IMG/VR virus record: IMGVR_UViG_3300026549_001031 | Direction: 5' to 3' (one strand) | Length of the DNA: 64,000 nt | Source: a virus | Lineage: Duplodnaviria > Heunggongvirae > Uroviricota > Caudoviricetes | Shown here: piece by piece, positions 8,801 to 18,736 of the stretch | Position numbering within the stretch: the stretch's first letter is position 1 | Layout: each line of letters opens with the position of its first letter | Notes under the pieces: model-generated | What the model was told of the DNA's origin: nothing | What the model saw: the letters and a program-made list of their open reading frames with translations, nothing else | The model's database searches: none | Program-made: the position numbers and the translations under genes

Positions 8801-10110
8801 AATAAAGAATAAGCATTATGCTATTTAAGTGAATCATAGGAGAAAATTGGCATTAAAAAACCTTAGTGAGTCATGTGAACCTATTAGCATCACTTACCTA
8901 AAGCGTACCTAAGAAAAAATTAGCATTATTTAATTCAAGTGGATCATAAGAGAAAATTAAAATCATTGCTCTCTAGTGAGTCACCATGATCAATAAACAA
9001 CACGTGAAATTAGCGTATCAAAGGTTGAAATCAACATTGATGTACTTTAGTGAGTCATAACCAACAATAAGCAGTTTCCCTATGCAGCGTATCAGAAAAT
9101 AAGATCAACATTGAAATTGATGAGTGAGTCATTATAGCCAATAAATAACATGGATAGATAGCGTATCAATGTCTGTTAGTAACATTACGACTGTGAAGTG
9201 TATCATATCTGGCGAATTAAAATTGTGGGCAGTAAGTGCATAAGTTCAGCGAAACAACGTTAGAAAGAATAAGTGAATCATTGACAAATGTAGTTTATCA
9301 AATAGAAAAATCAACATTAAATTTTATTAGTGTATCAATATAAAATGATAATATATCAGGATGGTTAATTAGCATTACAGATATTTAGTGCATCAACATA
9401 CGTTATTAAAATTGTGCGTGTAAAGTGTATCACCAGTATTCATAAAGATTAGCATATCAAAGTTCTAGAATACTATTATAAAATTGGGGTGAGCCATAAG
9501 AATAAACAAACATTATGTGACGTTAGCGTATCAGGTTTAATAATAAACATTGTAATAATTTAGTGAATCTTATCAGCAATCTGATTAGCATTAGGAGAAA
9601 AAAGTGTATCACAATATTTAACTAACGTTGAGAAATACGAGTGTATCACTTTAGCATATCAAACAAACAGAACAACATTAAGTAATAAGAGTGTGTCATT
9701 GGAAAAAATCGAGATCAACATATCAGAGCGTACCGATATATTGAATTGACATTGCATCTAGTGAGTGAATCGACATTGCAAACAAACATTATGTGACGTT
9801 AGTGGGTCACCTCCTTAAATATAAAATCATAGAAAATTAGCGTATCATTTTTGAAAATAAACATTGGTGGAAATTAGTGAGTCATTCTTTTTAATATAAA
9901 ATTAAAAAAGAATAACGTATCATTTGGTTGAATCAACATTGAGAAGAGTTAGTGAATCATAGTAAAAAATAAACAATACAAAGTATGAGTGCATCAATCA
10001 AAAAAATAAACATTTAGTGATGTGAGTGTATCATATCAGGCAATTTAAGTCATATAAATGTTTAGCATATCAAATGAGTATATCAACATTGTAATTATTA
10101 AAGTGTTTCG
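5804..10110 (+). repeat. TIGR-like dual-repeat guide RNA array (~37-nt units, roughly 100+ units)
   Basis: Period of 37 nt: edge repeat AG[T/C]G[T/A/G][A/G]TCA, ~9 variable nt, loop repeat AT[A/C]A[A/G]CA(TT[A/G]), ~9 variable nt; non-coding; unit ends covary; interrupted at ~7785-7995. Confidence 0.88.
7796..7999 (+). CDS. small 2-TM membrane protein inserted in the array
   Basis: Periodicity stops across ~7785-7995; ORF has two hydrophobic helices and a basic tail; weak SD. Confidence 0.5.
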   Translation: MGKQSKVLLRALMIFVGLAIFESVLQNKNCLAAGLSITGYYILILVVSYIAGKVSRKRNKRDTHQRG

Positions 10111-10134
10111 TAGTTTAGTAAGGAGAGTACAGTA

Positions 10135-10902
10135 ATGAAGTATATGGGTTCTAAAGCCTCAATAGCAAGTGAAATTTTACCTTTCATTCATAACTATATA
10201 TTTTTAAACAGTATAGATACATACATTGAGCCTTTTATGGGTGGATGTAACATGATTGATAAGGTTCAATGTAGTAAAAGATTAGCATATGATAAAAATA
10301 AATACCTTGTATCATTGTTTCAATACTTACAGAATGGTGGAGAGTTGCCTGAAGAAGTATCAAGAGAGCAATACAATGATTGTAGAGTACACTACAAGGC
10401 GAAAGATAACTTCTATGCAGATTGGTTCACAGGTGCAGTTGGTTTCCTTGCAGGGTTTAATGGCAGGTTCTATGATGGGGGATATGGAGGTACATCAGGT
10501 TCAGGTGATACATTCAGAGACTACTATCAGGAGAGTAAGGCAAACATCTTAAATCAAATGAAAGACCTTACAGATGTGGAATTTGCAGTGTCAGATTATA
10601 GGGAGTTACATCCTAGTGGCTGTTTGGTTTATATGGATCCTCCTTATGCAGGTACAAAAGGATACATGACAATCACAAAAGAGTTTAATCACAAAGAGTT
10701 TTGGGAGATTGCAAGAGAGTGGAGTAAGGATAACATAGTTTTAATTAGTGAGGAACAAGCTCCTGATGATTTTGACATATTGTGGCAGGCAGAGGTAAAT
10801 AGAAACATACATGTCACAAATAAGGGTAAAGCAACAGAGAAGCTATTTATACATAGTTCAATAAATGATAAATCAGATAAAGATATCTTATTGGACTTCT
10901 AG
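10135..10902 (+). CDS. DNA adenine methyltransferase (Dam/D12 class)
   Basis: KYMGSK, EPFMGG and YMDPPY motifs. Confidence 0.9.
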   Translation: MKYMGSKASIASEILPFIHNYIFLNSIDTYIEPFMGGCNMIDKVQCSKRLAYDKNKYLVSLFQYLQNGGELPEEVSREQYNDCRVHYKAKDNFYADWFTGAVGFLAGFNGRFYDGGYGGTSGSGDTFRDYYQESKANILNQMKDLTDVEFAVSDYRELHPSGCLVYMDPPYAGTKGYMTITKEFNHKEFWEIAREWSKDNIVLISEEQAPDDFDILWQAEVNRNIHVTNKGKATEKLFIHSSINDKSDKDILLDF

Positions 10903-10960
10903 TTCTACACTCCATGCAAATAAGAGAAAATTTTATTTTTATTTGTGAAAGGAGAAGGAC

Positions 10961-12730
10961 ATGGCTAAAGAGAAGTTGCATCCTGCATTAGTCAGAGAGT
11001 CAAAGAAAACAATTGATGAAGCAATACAAAAGTTGAATGACTTTGGTAAGGTATTTGTTTGTAGACCTACTGGTTTTGGTAAGACATATATGCTAATTCA
11101 AGTAGCTAAGTTTTATAACAAGCTATACCCTGATAAAAAGATTGGATACATTTATCCATTGGATATTATACCTTCAGAGATTAAGGTTAAATATGGAAAG
11201 AACAGTGATGATAGTGAAGTAAGGGCAGCTGTTAAGAATTTGGAGTTTATTTCTTATATGACCTTAACACGTAGAATAAATGAGAGGGGCAATGATTTTT
11301 GGTTAAATCAGTTTAAGGATAAATACTCCATATTGTTAGTAGACGAAGTACATGCAGCAGGTTCTGCAGGCTTTAGACAGGTTTATGACTCCATTAAAGA
11401 TATAATTGGACCTGAGGCAGGGCAGTTGAAAATGATTGGAGTGACAGCTACTCCAAACAGAATGGACGATGAAGAAGATAAATCAGTCTTGAATGATATA
11501 TTTGATAACATTCAAGTGTATGAATATACATTAGCTAATTGTATCATGGACGGTATTATTGATAAGTTGGTCATTGGTACTTATAAATATAACATGAAAG
11601 AGTTAGCAGAGCAGTTAAAGGGAGAGACAAAAGCAAAGGCAACTAAAGCAGGACTAAAGTTTAATGATGAATCATTCAATGTGGAATTAGGGAAGATCAT
11701 TAAAGAAAATGGTACAGAAGCAGAGTTCCTTTATAAGTACCTTGCTTTGGCAGGCTATGACCTTAGCAAACAGAATGAGAAATACTTTAAATTCATAGTA
11801 TTTTTCAATAATATACAGGATGTTGCAGAGAGAGGACCTATAGTTGAGGGATGGTTTAGCAGTGCTTTTAATGAAGTTGCAAAGAGTAAATTAGGGCTCA
11901 AGCGTGACTTCTTGGTTAGGGCACATTACTTAACTTCAAGTGATACAGAGGATGGTTTAATAGATACTCTGGTAGAGGAGGATAAGAAGCATAGGTTTAA
12001 GTATAATAACACTAAGAAATTGACTAGTGTACAAATGAAAGATAAATATATCGTTGACTTGATAATGACAGTCAATATGACAAATATGGGTTATCATGAC
12101 GATGATATAACAGGCATAGTAATGTTAAGAGGTACACGTTCAGAAATTGTTTATTATCAGCAATTAGGTAGGGCGATATCAGTTACAAATGAGCATAATC
12201 CTTTGATTTATGACTTTGTAAATAATGTTAATACAAAGTTTTGGAGTAAGAAAGACAGACAGAGTGAGATTGCTAGCAAGGTACTTGGTGGTGGAGCAGA
12301 CGAGAGAACAGGTGAGGGCATTGACTATTCTAAGTTTGTTGCATCAGCAGATGGAGATTATGATGCAGGTGATGCATTCTTGAACAGATGGAGTGACATT
12401 TACTATTCTGAGAAGGCACAGCTGGAATACTTGTATAATGATAGGAAAGCACCATTGGTTGCTATTTCAGCTGACACAGGTAAGAGTTGTTCATACATTG
12501 CAAAGGCATTGATAGAGGATGGTGTTACATTAAGACCAGAAGATGGCATGTACAAATATGAACTTAAGATCGCTGAATCAAAAGTGAGAAGCAAGGAAGA
12601 AAGAATGAATGCATGTGCAATTATGAAGTATCTGCTTAGTAAAGGAGCTTCAGACATGTATACAAAAATAAGAAAGACAGAAGAGACAATATACAATAAG
12701 ATTTCAAAATTGATCAAAGGTGGTAAATAG
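10961..12730 (+). CDS. SF2 (ResIII/DExH-type) helicase/ATPase
   Basis: RPTGFGKT Walker A, DEVH, TATP and YYQQLGRA motifs. Confidence 0.85.
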   Translation: MAKEKLHPALVRESKKTIDEAIQKLNDFGKVFVCRPTGFGKTYMLIQVAKFYNKLYPDKKIGYIYPLDIIPSEIKVKYGKNSDDSEVRAAVKNLEFISYMTLTRRINERGNDFWLNQFKDKYSILLVDEVHAAGSAGFRQVYDSIKDIIGPEAGQLKMIGVTATPNRMDDEEDKSVLNDIFDNIQVYEYTLANCIMDGIIDKLVIGTYKYNMKELAEQLKGETKAKATKAGLKFNDESFNVELGKIIKENGTEAEFLYKYLALAGYDLSKQNEKYFKFIVFFNNIQDVAERGPIVEGWFSSAFNEVAKSKLGLKRDFLVRAHYLTSSDTEDGLIDTLVEEDKKHRFKYNNTKKLTSVQMKDKYIVDLIMTVNMTNMGYHDDDITGIVMLRGTRSEIVYYQQLGRAISVTNEHNPLIYDFVNNVNTKFWSKKDRQSEIASKVLGGGADERTGEGIDYSKFVASADGDYDAGDAFLNRWSDIYYSEKAQLEYLYNDRKAPLVAISADTGKSCSYIAKALIEDGVTLRPEDGMYKYELKIAESKVRSKEERMNACAIMKYLLSKGASDMYTKIRKTEETIYNKISKLIKGGK

Positions 12731-12734
12731 AGGT

Positions 12735-14225
12735 ATGAAGTATAAGTCAGGAGATAGATTAGGGAATACAACCTTATATGTGGAGCAGACATATTACTCA
12801 AAGGTCATTTGTCGTTGTCAGAAATGCCTTGAAAGTGATGTTTACACAGAGGAGGAATTGGATTTTGGCACTGGTTGTAGAATCTGTGACAATATTAGCA
12901 GAGAAAAGCAGAGGTTAGTAATTTCACCTACAACTGATATGAAGAATGTAGCTAAGTTGTATGCAAAGCAGACGTACAGAAGTGGTTCAACAGTAGCATT
13001 TACGATGCCTGCAGGCTATAAGCTTGATGGGGTCGGCGTTGGAAGTGAGTTTGGACAGTTCAGAGTACAGGACTTTGTAGGTAAGGTTTATAGAAATGGC
13101 AATGGCTGGAAACATGGTGATCCTAAGCAAGTAGTTGCAATCTGTAAGTATTGTGAGACATACAGCAGGTTGATTGATGTTAGCAAGGTTGCAGAGTATA
13201 TTAAGACAGGTAAGGGTTTAGATGTACAGTGTCCTTGTTGTGGTAAGATCATCAATGAGGCTAGAGGCAGAGTTGATGCACTTAAGAAAAATAAGTCAGA
13301 GCATCTGAAAAAGGTGGTTGCAAAGAACAATAGCAACGAGGCTAAGAAAACTACAGAGGATGGGATTTCAAAGCTTATCAGTAGAGTTAAATCACCTTTG
13401 GATAATGTGAAGCCTGGTAGTAAAATTGACAAGCTTTTAAGTAAAGTTAAAAGCATGAATGCTGATTTAGATATACAGGATATTGAACCAATTAAGTCAA
13501 GCTACAAAGTGGTTTGTACATGTGGTAAATGCGGTACAGAAGTAAGTGTTTTGAGTTCTAACAGGAGTAAAGAGGTTGAATGTCCTGGTTGTAAATTAAA
13601 AGCAACAGACATCAATTATGTTGGTGCTTATAAGAGAAATTACGTAGGCACTACTAAAAACTTAATGGAACTTCTGGGAAGAGATGGAGATACATGTACC
13701 GTTAAGTGTAATTCATGTGGTAGGGTTTATACAAACATTAAGTTTTATGACTGGTATAAAGGAAAGGTCATTTGTAATTGTGATAATAACACACTGACTG
13801 ATGTGCTATGCAATGAGTGTGGTGAGTTTATGACAATACCTTTGGGTAAGGTCATTGGTAAGGTAGACAATACAGAAGAGATTGTATGCAATAAGTGTGG
13901 AGCTAAGTCAGGTCATACTTATGGAGAGATCTATGATGATTATTTGGAAGCACCTAGTGTAGCAATCACTACAAGTAATAAATTAGGTGTGGCTAGAAAG
14001 AAATTAAGAGAGTCTACTGAAAAAGTAAACAATGAGCTTGTGAGAACAAAAGAGCCATTGTTCATTGGAACAGATGGCAAGATGTATTACAGATGTACTT
14101 GTTTGATTCATGACTCTGACATGATATTAAATGATGATGAGATTGCAGTATTTAATCATCAACAGTGTACTGATGCAAGACAGCATATGATGAAGGATAT
14201 AAACAAGGATAATGTTAAGTTCTAA
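12735..14225 (+). CDS. multi-zinc-ribbon cysteine-rich protein
   Basis: About ten CxxC/CxC clusters; ATG at 12735 after GAGGT SD. Confidence 0.7.
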   Translation: MKYKSGDRLGNTTLYVEQTYYSKVICRCQKCLESDVYTEEELDFGTGCRICDNISREKQRLVISPTTDMKNVAKLYAKQTYRSGSTVAFTMPAGYKLDGVGVGSEFGQFRVQDFVGKVYRNGNGWKHGDPKQVVAICKYCETYSRLIDVSKVAEYIKTGKGLDVQCPCCGKIINEARGRVDALKKNKSEHLKKVVAKNNSNEAKKTTEDGISKLISRVKSPLDNVKPGSKIDKLLSKVKSMNADLDIQDIEPIKSSYKVVCTCGKCGTEVSVLSSNRSKEVECPGCKLKATDINYVGAYKRNYVGTTKNLMELLGRDGDTCTVKCNSCGRVYTNIKFYDWYKGKVICNCDNNTLTDVLCNECGEFMTIPLGKVIGKVDNTEEIVCNKCGAKSGHTYGEIYDDYLEAPSVAITTSNKLGVARKKLRESTEKVNNELVRTKEPLFIGTDGKMYYRCTCLIHDSDMILNDDEIAVFNHQQCTDARQHMMKDINKDNVKF

Positions 14226-14610
14226 GAAGAAAATTGAGATTAACATGAGAGTTTACAGGATGTTGCATTATGAAAATGATGTAATGTCCTGTATTTTTGT
14301 ACAGTGGTAAATATATGATATGCAGTTCAATAGACATTGATTAAGAATCTGCATTTTTTAAGAAATTGATTTTTGTGTGACAAAAGAGAGGAATGACTTC
14401 AGAATTTTCAGGTACTTCAGAACGCTAGTCCTCGACATTGGGTCAAAAATAGGGTAAGCATTGAGAAAAATTTAGCTAGACAGTCAAGGTTCCAAAAATT
14501 GGTGCAAAATAAAAGATTTTCTGTGAGTGAGAATAGTTTAGAGGAATAGAATTGTATATAAAATTTAAGAAATTGTTTGTAGTATATGAACAATTTACAA
14601 GAATTAGAGG

Positions 14611-14639
14611 TTGACATAAGTAGTAATTTCAATTATAAT
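14611..14639 (+). promoter_or_regulatory. sigma-A-like promoter
   Basis: TTGACA-17nt-TATAAT. Confidence 0.75.
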
Positions 14640-14673
14640 GTATATAGATAGTAAACATAAAGGAGATAAAGAT

Positions 14674-15819
14674 ATGCAAAGTAAGTTTGAGTTAAGCATT
14701 TCAACTGGATATGTGCCTGATTGGGGAATAGTTGAGGCATTTAGAGAACTTTATCAGAACGCTATTGATAATGAGACAATCAATCCTGAAAATAAAGCAT
14801 ACTTTTCATTTGTGCAAGAGGATGAAAAAACAGGTACAGTAAGGATTACAAACAAGACATCAGTTCTTACAAAAGAAAGTCTTCTGTTAGGCAGCACTAC
14901 AAAGGCAAATGATGAAAATACCATTGGTAAGCATGGTGAAGGCTACAAGATTGCGTTTATGGTGCTTTTGAGAAATGGGAAAAAGATCAAGGTTTACAAT
15001 TCATCTGCAAAGGAGATGTGGGAGGTTAGACTTGTCAAGAGCAGAAAGTACAATGGTCAACTTGTGACAACAGTCTTCGTGCAGAAGGATGCAGTATGGA
15101 AAAAGAAGACTGATGATAACCTTACCATTGAGGTTTCAGGAATTACACCTGAAGAATATGCAGAAGTCGTTGATAAAAACCTGCATCTGCATGAGTATAA
15201 GTCAGTGGCAGTAGGAGAATATGGTGAGATCTTACTTGATGAGAGTGAGGCAGGTAGGGTTTATGTTGAGGGCTTGTATGTTTGTGAGAGCAAGGGATTC
15301 AAGTATGGTTATAACTTAAAGGCATCAAGAATTAACCTCGACAGAGACAGAAAACTGGTAGACTCCTTTCATTTAGAGTGGGAGACATCAGGAATGTGGG
15401 TTAAGTTAAGTTCTGAAAATGCAGAGTACAAAGAAAGCTTTGCACAGTTGGTTTCAGAACATACACGAGATGTTTCTAAATCAGCAAACAATGATTGTTT
15501 TACTTTCACTGCAGCTGAGGCATATGAAGCAGTTTATGAGAAGTTTCTCAGAGAGAATGGTAGCAATGCAGTTCCTGTAACAGACAATCTGGAATATGAG
15601 GAAGTCAAAAGATCAAGTGGCTACAGACCTGTAATTGTATCAGAGGACATTGCAACTATGATTCATAAGTCAAAAACATACGTGGAGCCTGTAGAGATCG
15701 CAGTGAAACCTGTCAGTGTTAAATTAAGTGAGTGGCTTGAGGGAGTTAAAGATAGACTTTCAGAAGATGAGATTGATGACCTTGAGACATTAATTTCGGA
15801 GATAGAAGACATTGAGTAA
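14674..15819 (+). CDS. GHKL (HATPase) family ATPase
   Basis: AFRELYQNAID N-box and IGKHGEGYK G-box; start chosen from AGGAG SD. Confidence 0.8.
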   Translation: MQSKFELSISTGYVPDWGIVEAFRELYQNAIDNETINPENKAYFSFVQEDEKTGTVRITNKTSVLTKESLLLGSTTKANDENTIGKHGEGYKIAFMVLLRNGKKIKVYNSSAKEMWEVRLVKSRKYNGQLVTTVFVQKDAVWKKKTDDNLTIEVSGITPEEYAEVVDKNLHLHEYKSVAVGEYGEILLDESEAGRVYVEGLYVCESKGFKYGYNLKASRINLDRDRKLVDSFHLEWETSGMWVKLSSENAEYKESFAQLVSEHTRDVSKSANNDCFTFTAAEAYEAVYEKFLRENGSNAVPVTDNLEYEEVKRSSGYRPVIVSEDIATMIHKSKTYVEPVEIAVKPVSVKLSEWLEGVKDRLSEDEIDDLETLISEIEDIE

Positions 15820-15958
15820 AAGGACTCACAGGTTAAAAAGAAAGAAGCATAGTTGAGTTTAGGGGTGTGCATTTGGAGTGATGTACACCTCTTTTTGAGC
15901 ATACATAAGAATATATAGAAATATAATTTTTATATTTTTTGATTGGAGTGGATAGAGC

Positions 15959-17347
15959 ATGCAATTTACAGTAGGACAGCAGTTAGGATTTAATATAATA
16001 CTTAATGGATGGAATACCTTCATTACAGGGGGTGGTGGTGTAGGTAAAACAGAACTTATACTAAAAACAGCTGAACACTTACAAAATATAGGTAAGTCAG
16101 TAATGATGTGTGCACCTACAGGTATGGCGGCATTGAAAATAAATGGAGTTACAGTACACAGACAGTTTAATGCACCTGTTGGAGTATTGAATTACAGGAG
16201 AGACATGTATGGTGCGGATGATGAACTCATCAAAACTGATGTGCTGATCATGGATGAGGTTAGTATGTGCAGAGTAGACTTATTTGACTTTGTATGTAAT
16301 AAGGTACTTGATGCAAATAGAGTTAGACATAATATGGGTTTGGAGGATATACAGTTCATATTAGTAGGAGACTTCTTTCAGTTAGCACCTGTACTTTTAC
16401 CTAATGAGAAGATTGCATTGGATAAATACTATGGTAAGGATATGGATGCAGGATATGCATTTATGTCAAAGTTTTGGGACATGTTCAATTTTGTACCTGT
16501 CATACTTACAGAGGTAGTCAGACAGAGAGACAGTAATTTTATATTAGACCTTAACAAAATAAGAGGCGGCGACAAGGTTTATGTAAACTACATTTATGAA
16601 AATTCAAATAAAAATGAAATTGATTGGGCAATTACTATTTGTGGTACTAACAGTGAGGCTTCAGAGATAAACACTAGGAGATTAAGAGAGATTAATGAGG
16701 AATCTACCTTCTATGAAGCAATAACAGAGGGGGATGTGTTACCTACAGATGTAAATGCAGATTTCATGTTGGAATTAAGAGAGGGTGCAAGAGTAATTGT
16801 AATAGTGAACAGTAGTGAAAGTGGTAGTTACAAGAATGGAAGTCTTGGTACAGTAGTAGGTTTATATGACAATGAAGTAATTGTGCAACTGGATTCAGGT
16901 GAGACAGAGTCACTTATGAGATATACATGGCCTGTATTCAGATATAGCATAGAAAAAGACGAGTGTGGCATTGAAAAGTTAACGAAACAACAGGTAGGAA
17001 GTGTTACACAGTTTCCTCTGAAATTAGCATACGCTATCACAATACATAAGAGCCAAGGGCAGACTTATGATAAAGTAAACCTTAGTCCTTATAGTTGGGA
17101 TTGTGGACAGCTATATGTGGCAATTTCACGTGTAAGAAGTTTGGAGAATCTTCACTTTAATTATGCACCTGACTTAAGTTATGTAGTAGTTTCATTAAAT
17201 GTAATTAAGTTCCACAATAAGTTAGTTGAGATTGCTAATGCAAATGGTAATAAATACAGTATTGAAAAAAGACAGACAGCGACAAAAAAGAAGTCAGAGT
17301 TTGATTCAGATATGAGTTTACTTTTAAGTGGTTTAGGAGGACATTGA
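15959..17347 (+). CDS. Pif1-family SF1B DNA helicase (copy 1)
   Basis: GGGGVGKT, DEVSM, GDFFQLAPV, QFPLKLAYAITIHKSQGQT and GQLYVAISR. Confidence 0.92.
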   Translation: MQFTVGQQLGFNIILNGWNTFITGGGGVGKTELILKTAEHLQNIGKSVMMCAPTGMAALKINGVTVHRQFNAPVGVLNYRRDMYGADDELIKTDVLIMDEVSMCRVDLFDFVCNKVLDANRVRHNMGLEDIQFILVGDFFQLAPVLLPNEKIALDKYYGKDMDAGYAFMSKFWDMFNFVPVILTEVVRQRDSNFILDLNKIRGGDKVYVNYIYENSNKNEIDWAITICGTNSEASEINTRRLREINEESTFYEAITEGDVLPTDVNADFMLELREGARVIVIVNSSESGSYKNGSLGTVVGLYDNEVIVQLDSGETESLMRYTWPVFRYSIEKDECGIEKLTKQQVGSVTQFPLKLAYAITIHKSQGQTYDKVNLSPYSWDCGQLYVAISRVRSLENLHFNYAPDLSYVVVSLNVIKFHNKLVEIANANGNKYSIEKRQTATKKKSEFDSDMSLLLSGLGGH

Positions 17348-17348
17348 G

Positions 17349-18608
17349 ATGGCAATGTTAGCAAATGGAAAGTTTACAAACAGTCAGCAATTTGGGTTTG
17401 ACACAATAATGAGTGGTAGGAACTGTTTTGTAACTGGGGATGCAGGTACGGGAAAGAGTTTTCTACTCCTTAGAGTAGTTGATGCACTTAGTAAACAAAA
17501 GAAGAGAGTAAGAATAATGGCACCTACTGGGTTGGCTGCACTTAATGTAGATGGTGTGACATTGCATAGAGGATTTAAGGCACCTATTGGACCTCTGATT
17601 AAAGAACCTAAAGCTATAACTAGCATGCTGGGAGATTGTGATGTGCTTATTATTGATGAGGTGAGCATGGTTCGAATTGATTTGTTTGAATATTGTATCA
17701 AACAAGTTGTTGGTGCTAACGTGAAGAGACGAAAGGCAGAATTGCCTGATATACAGCTGATTTTGTTTGGAGACTTCTTTCAGTTACCTCCTGTACTTAC
17801 ACCTGGTGACAGAGACATACTGAAAATGGTTTATGGGGACATTGATAAGGGATATGCCTTTAAGTCAAAATGGTGGGACATTTGCAATTTTACTTATATT
17901 TCATTAAAAGAAATAGTTAGACAGGATAATGTTGAATTGCAGAGAGCACTTGAGCAGTTAAGAAGAGGTAATACACTAGGATTGAAATTTATACTTCAGA
18001 ATTGTAGTGATGAGCCTATCAAAAATGCAATTTCATTGTGTGGTACACGTAAAAAAGCAGATGCAATCAATGCAGAAAAATATAATATGCTGACTGGTAG
18101 GGAAAAGACATATACAAGTGAAGTTGAGGGCGAGGTAAGAGATAGTGATAAGCCTGTAGATGATGAGATAAGTCTTAAGATTGGTGCTAGGGTACTTGCA
18201 TTTATGAATAATCCTGCAGCTGGATATATGAATGGAGACATGGGAGAAGTTATTAACCTTAATGAATACACAGTTACAGTTAAGTTTGATAATGGAACAG
18301 TTGCTGACGTGGAGCAGGCATCTTGGTATATTAAGGGCTGGAATGAAAAGACTCAGGACATTGAGATAATTGGTACATACAGTCAAATTCCTCTTAAGCT
18401 TGCCTATGCAATTACAATACATAAAAGTCAAGGACAGACATATGATGCAGTCAACCTTGATCCTAGGTGTTGGGAGAATGGGCAGTTGTATACAGCATTG
18501 TCACGTGTCAGAGATGTGCATAACCTGTATCTGATGGACATTATGTATCCTAGTTACTTAAAAGCATCTAGGGATGTGCGTATGTTTTATAAAATGAATA
18601 ACATGTAG
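17349..18608 (+). CDS. Pif1-family SF1B DNA helicase (copy 2)
   Basis: GDAGTGKS, DEVSM, GDFFQLPPV, QIPLKLAYAITIHKSQGQT and GQLYTALSR. Confidence 0.92.
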   Translation: MAMLANGKFTNSQQFGFDTIMSGRNCFVTGDAGTGKSFLLLRVVDALSKQKKRVRIMAPTGLAALNVDGVTLHRGFKAPIGPLIKEPKAITSMLGDCDVLIIDEVSMVRIDLFEYCIKQVVGANVKRRKAELPDIQLILFGDFFQLPPVLTPGDRDILKMVYGDIDKGYAFKSKWWDICNFTYISLKEIVRQDNVELQRALEQLRRGNTLGLKFILQNCSDEPIKNAISLCGTRKKADAINAEKYNMLTGREKTYTSEVEGEVRDSDKPVDDEISLKIGARVLAFMNNPAAGYMNGDMGEVINLNEYTVTVKFDNGTVADVEQASWYIKGWNEKTQDIEIIGTYSQIPLKLAYAITIHKSQGQTYDAVNLDPRCWENGQLYTALSRVRDVHNLYLMDIMYPSYLKASRDVRMFYKMNNM

Positions 18609-18736
18609 AATAAAGAGTAAGCAAGTGTTTAATGGACGACTACAAATAGTAAAATGTGGTCGTCCTATTTTTATGCTTAGAGATATAAGAAAGAAATAAT
18701 TATTTATTAAAATAATTGTTTAGGAGGAAAGTTAAA

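Noticed and set aside
5804-10110. CRISPR array interpretation
   Set aside because: No 23-50 nt constant repeat with 30-40 nt spacers; instead two short alternating boxes with ~9-nt variable parts, and no cas genes in the window
5804-10110. Self-targeting of array spacers within this window
   Set aside because: Could not be established by eye; 9-nt AT-rich matches are expected by chance and need a paired-spacer computational search
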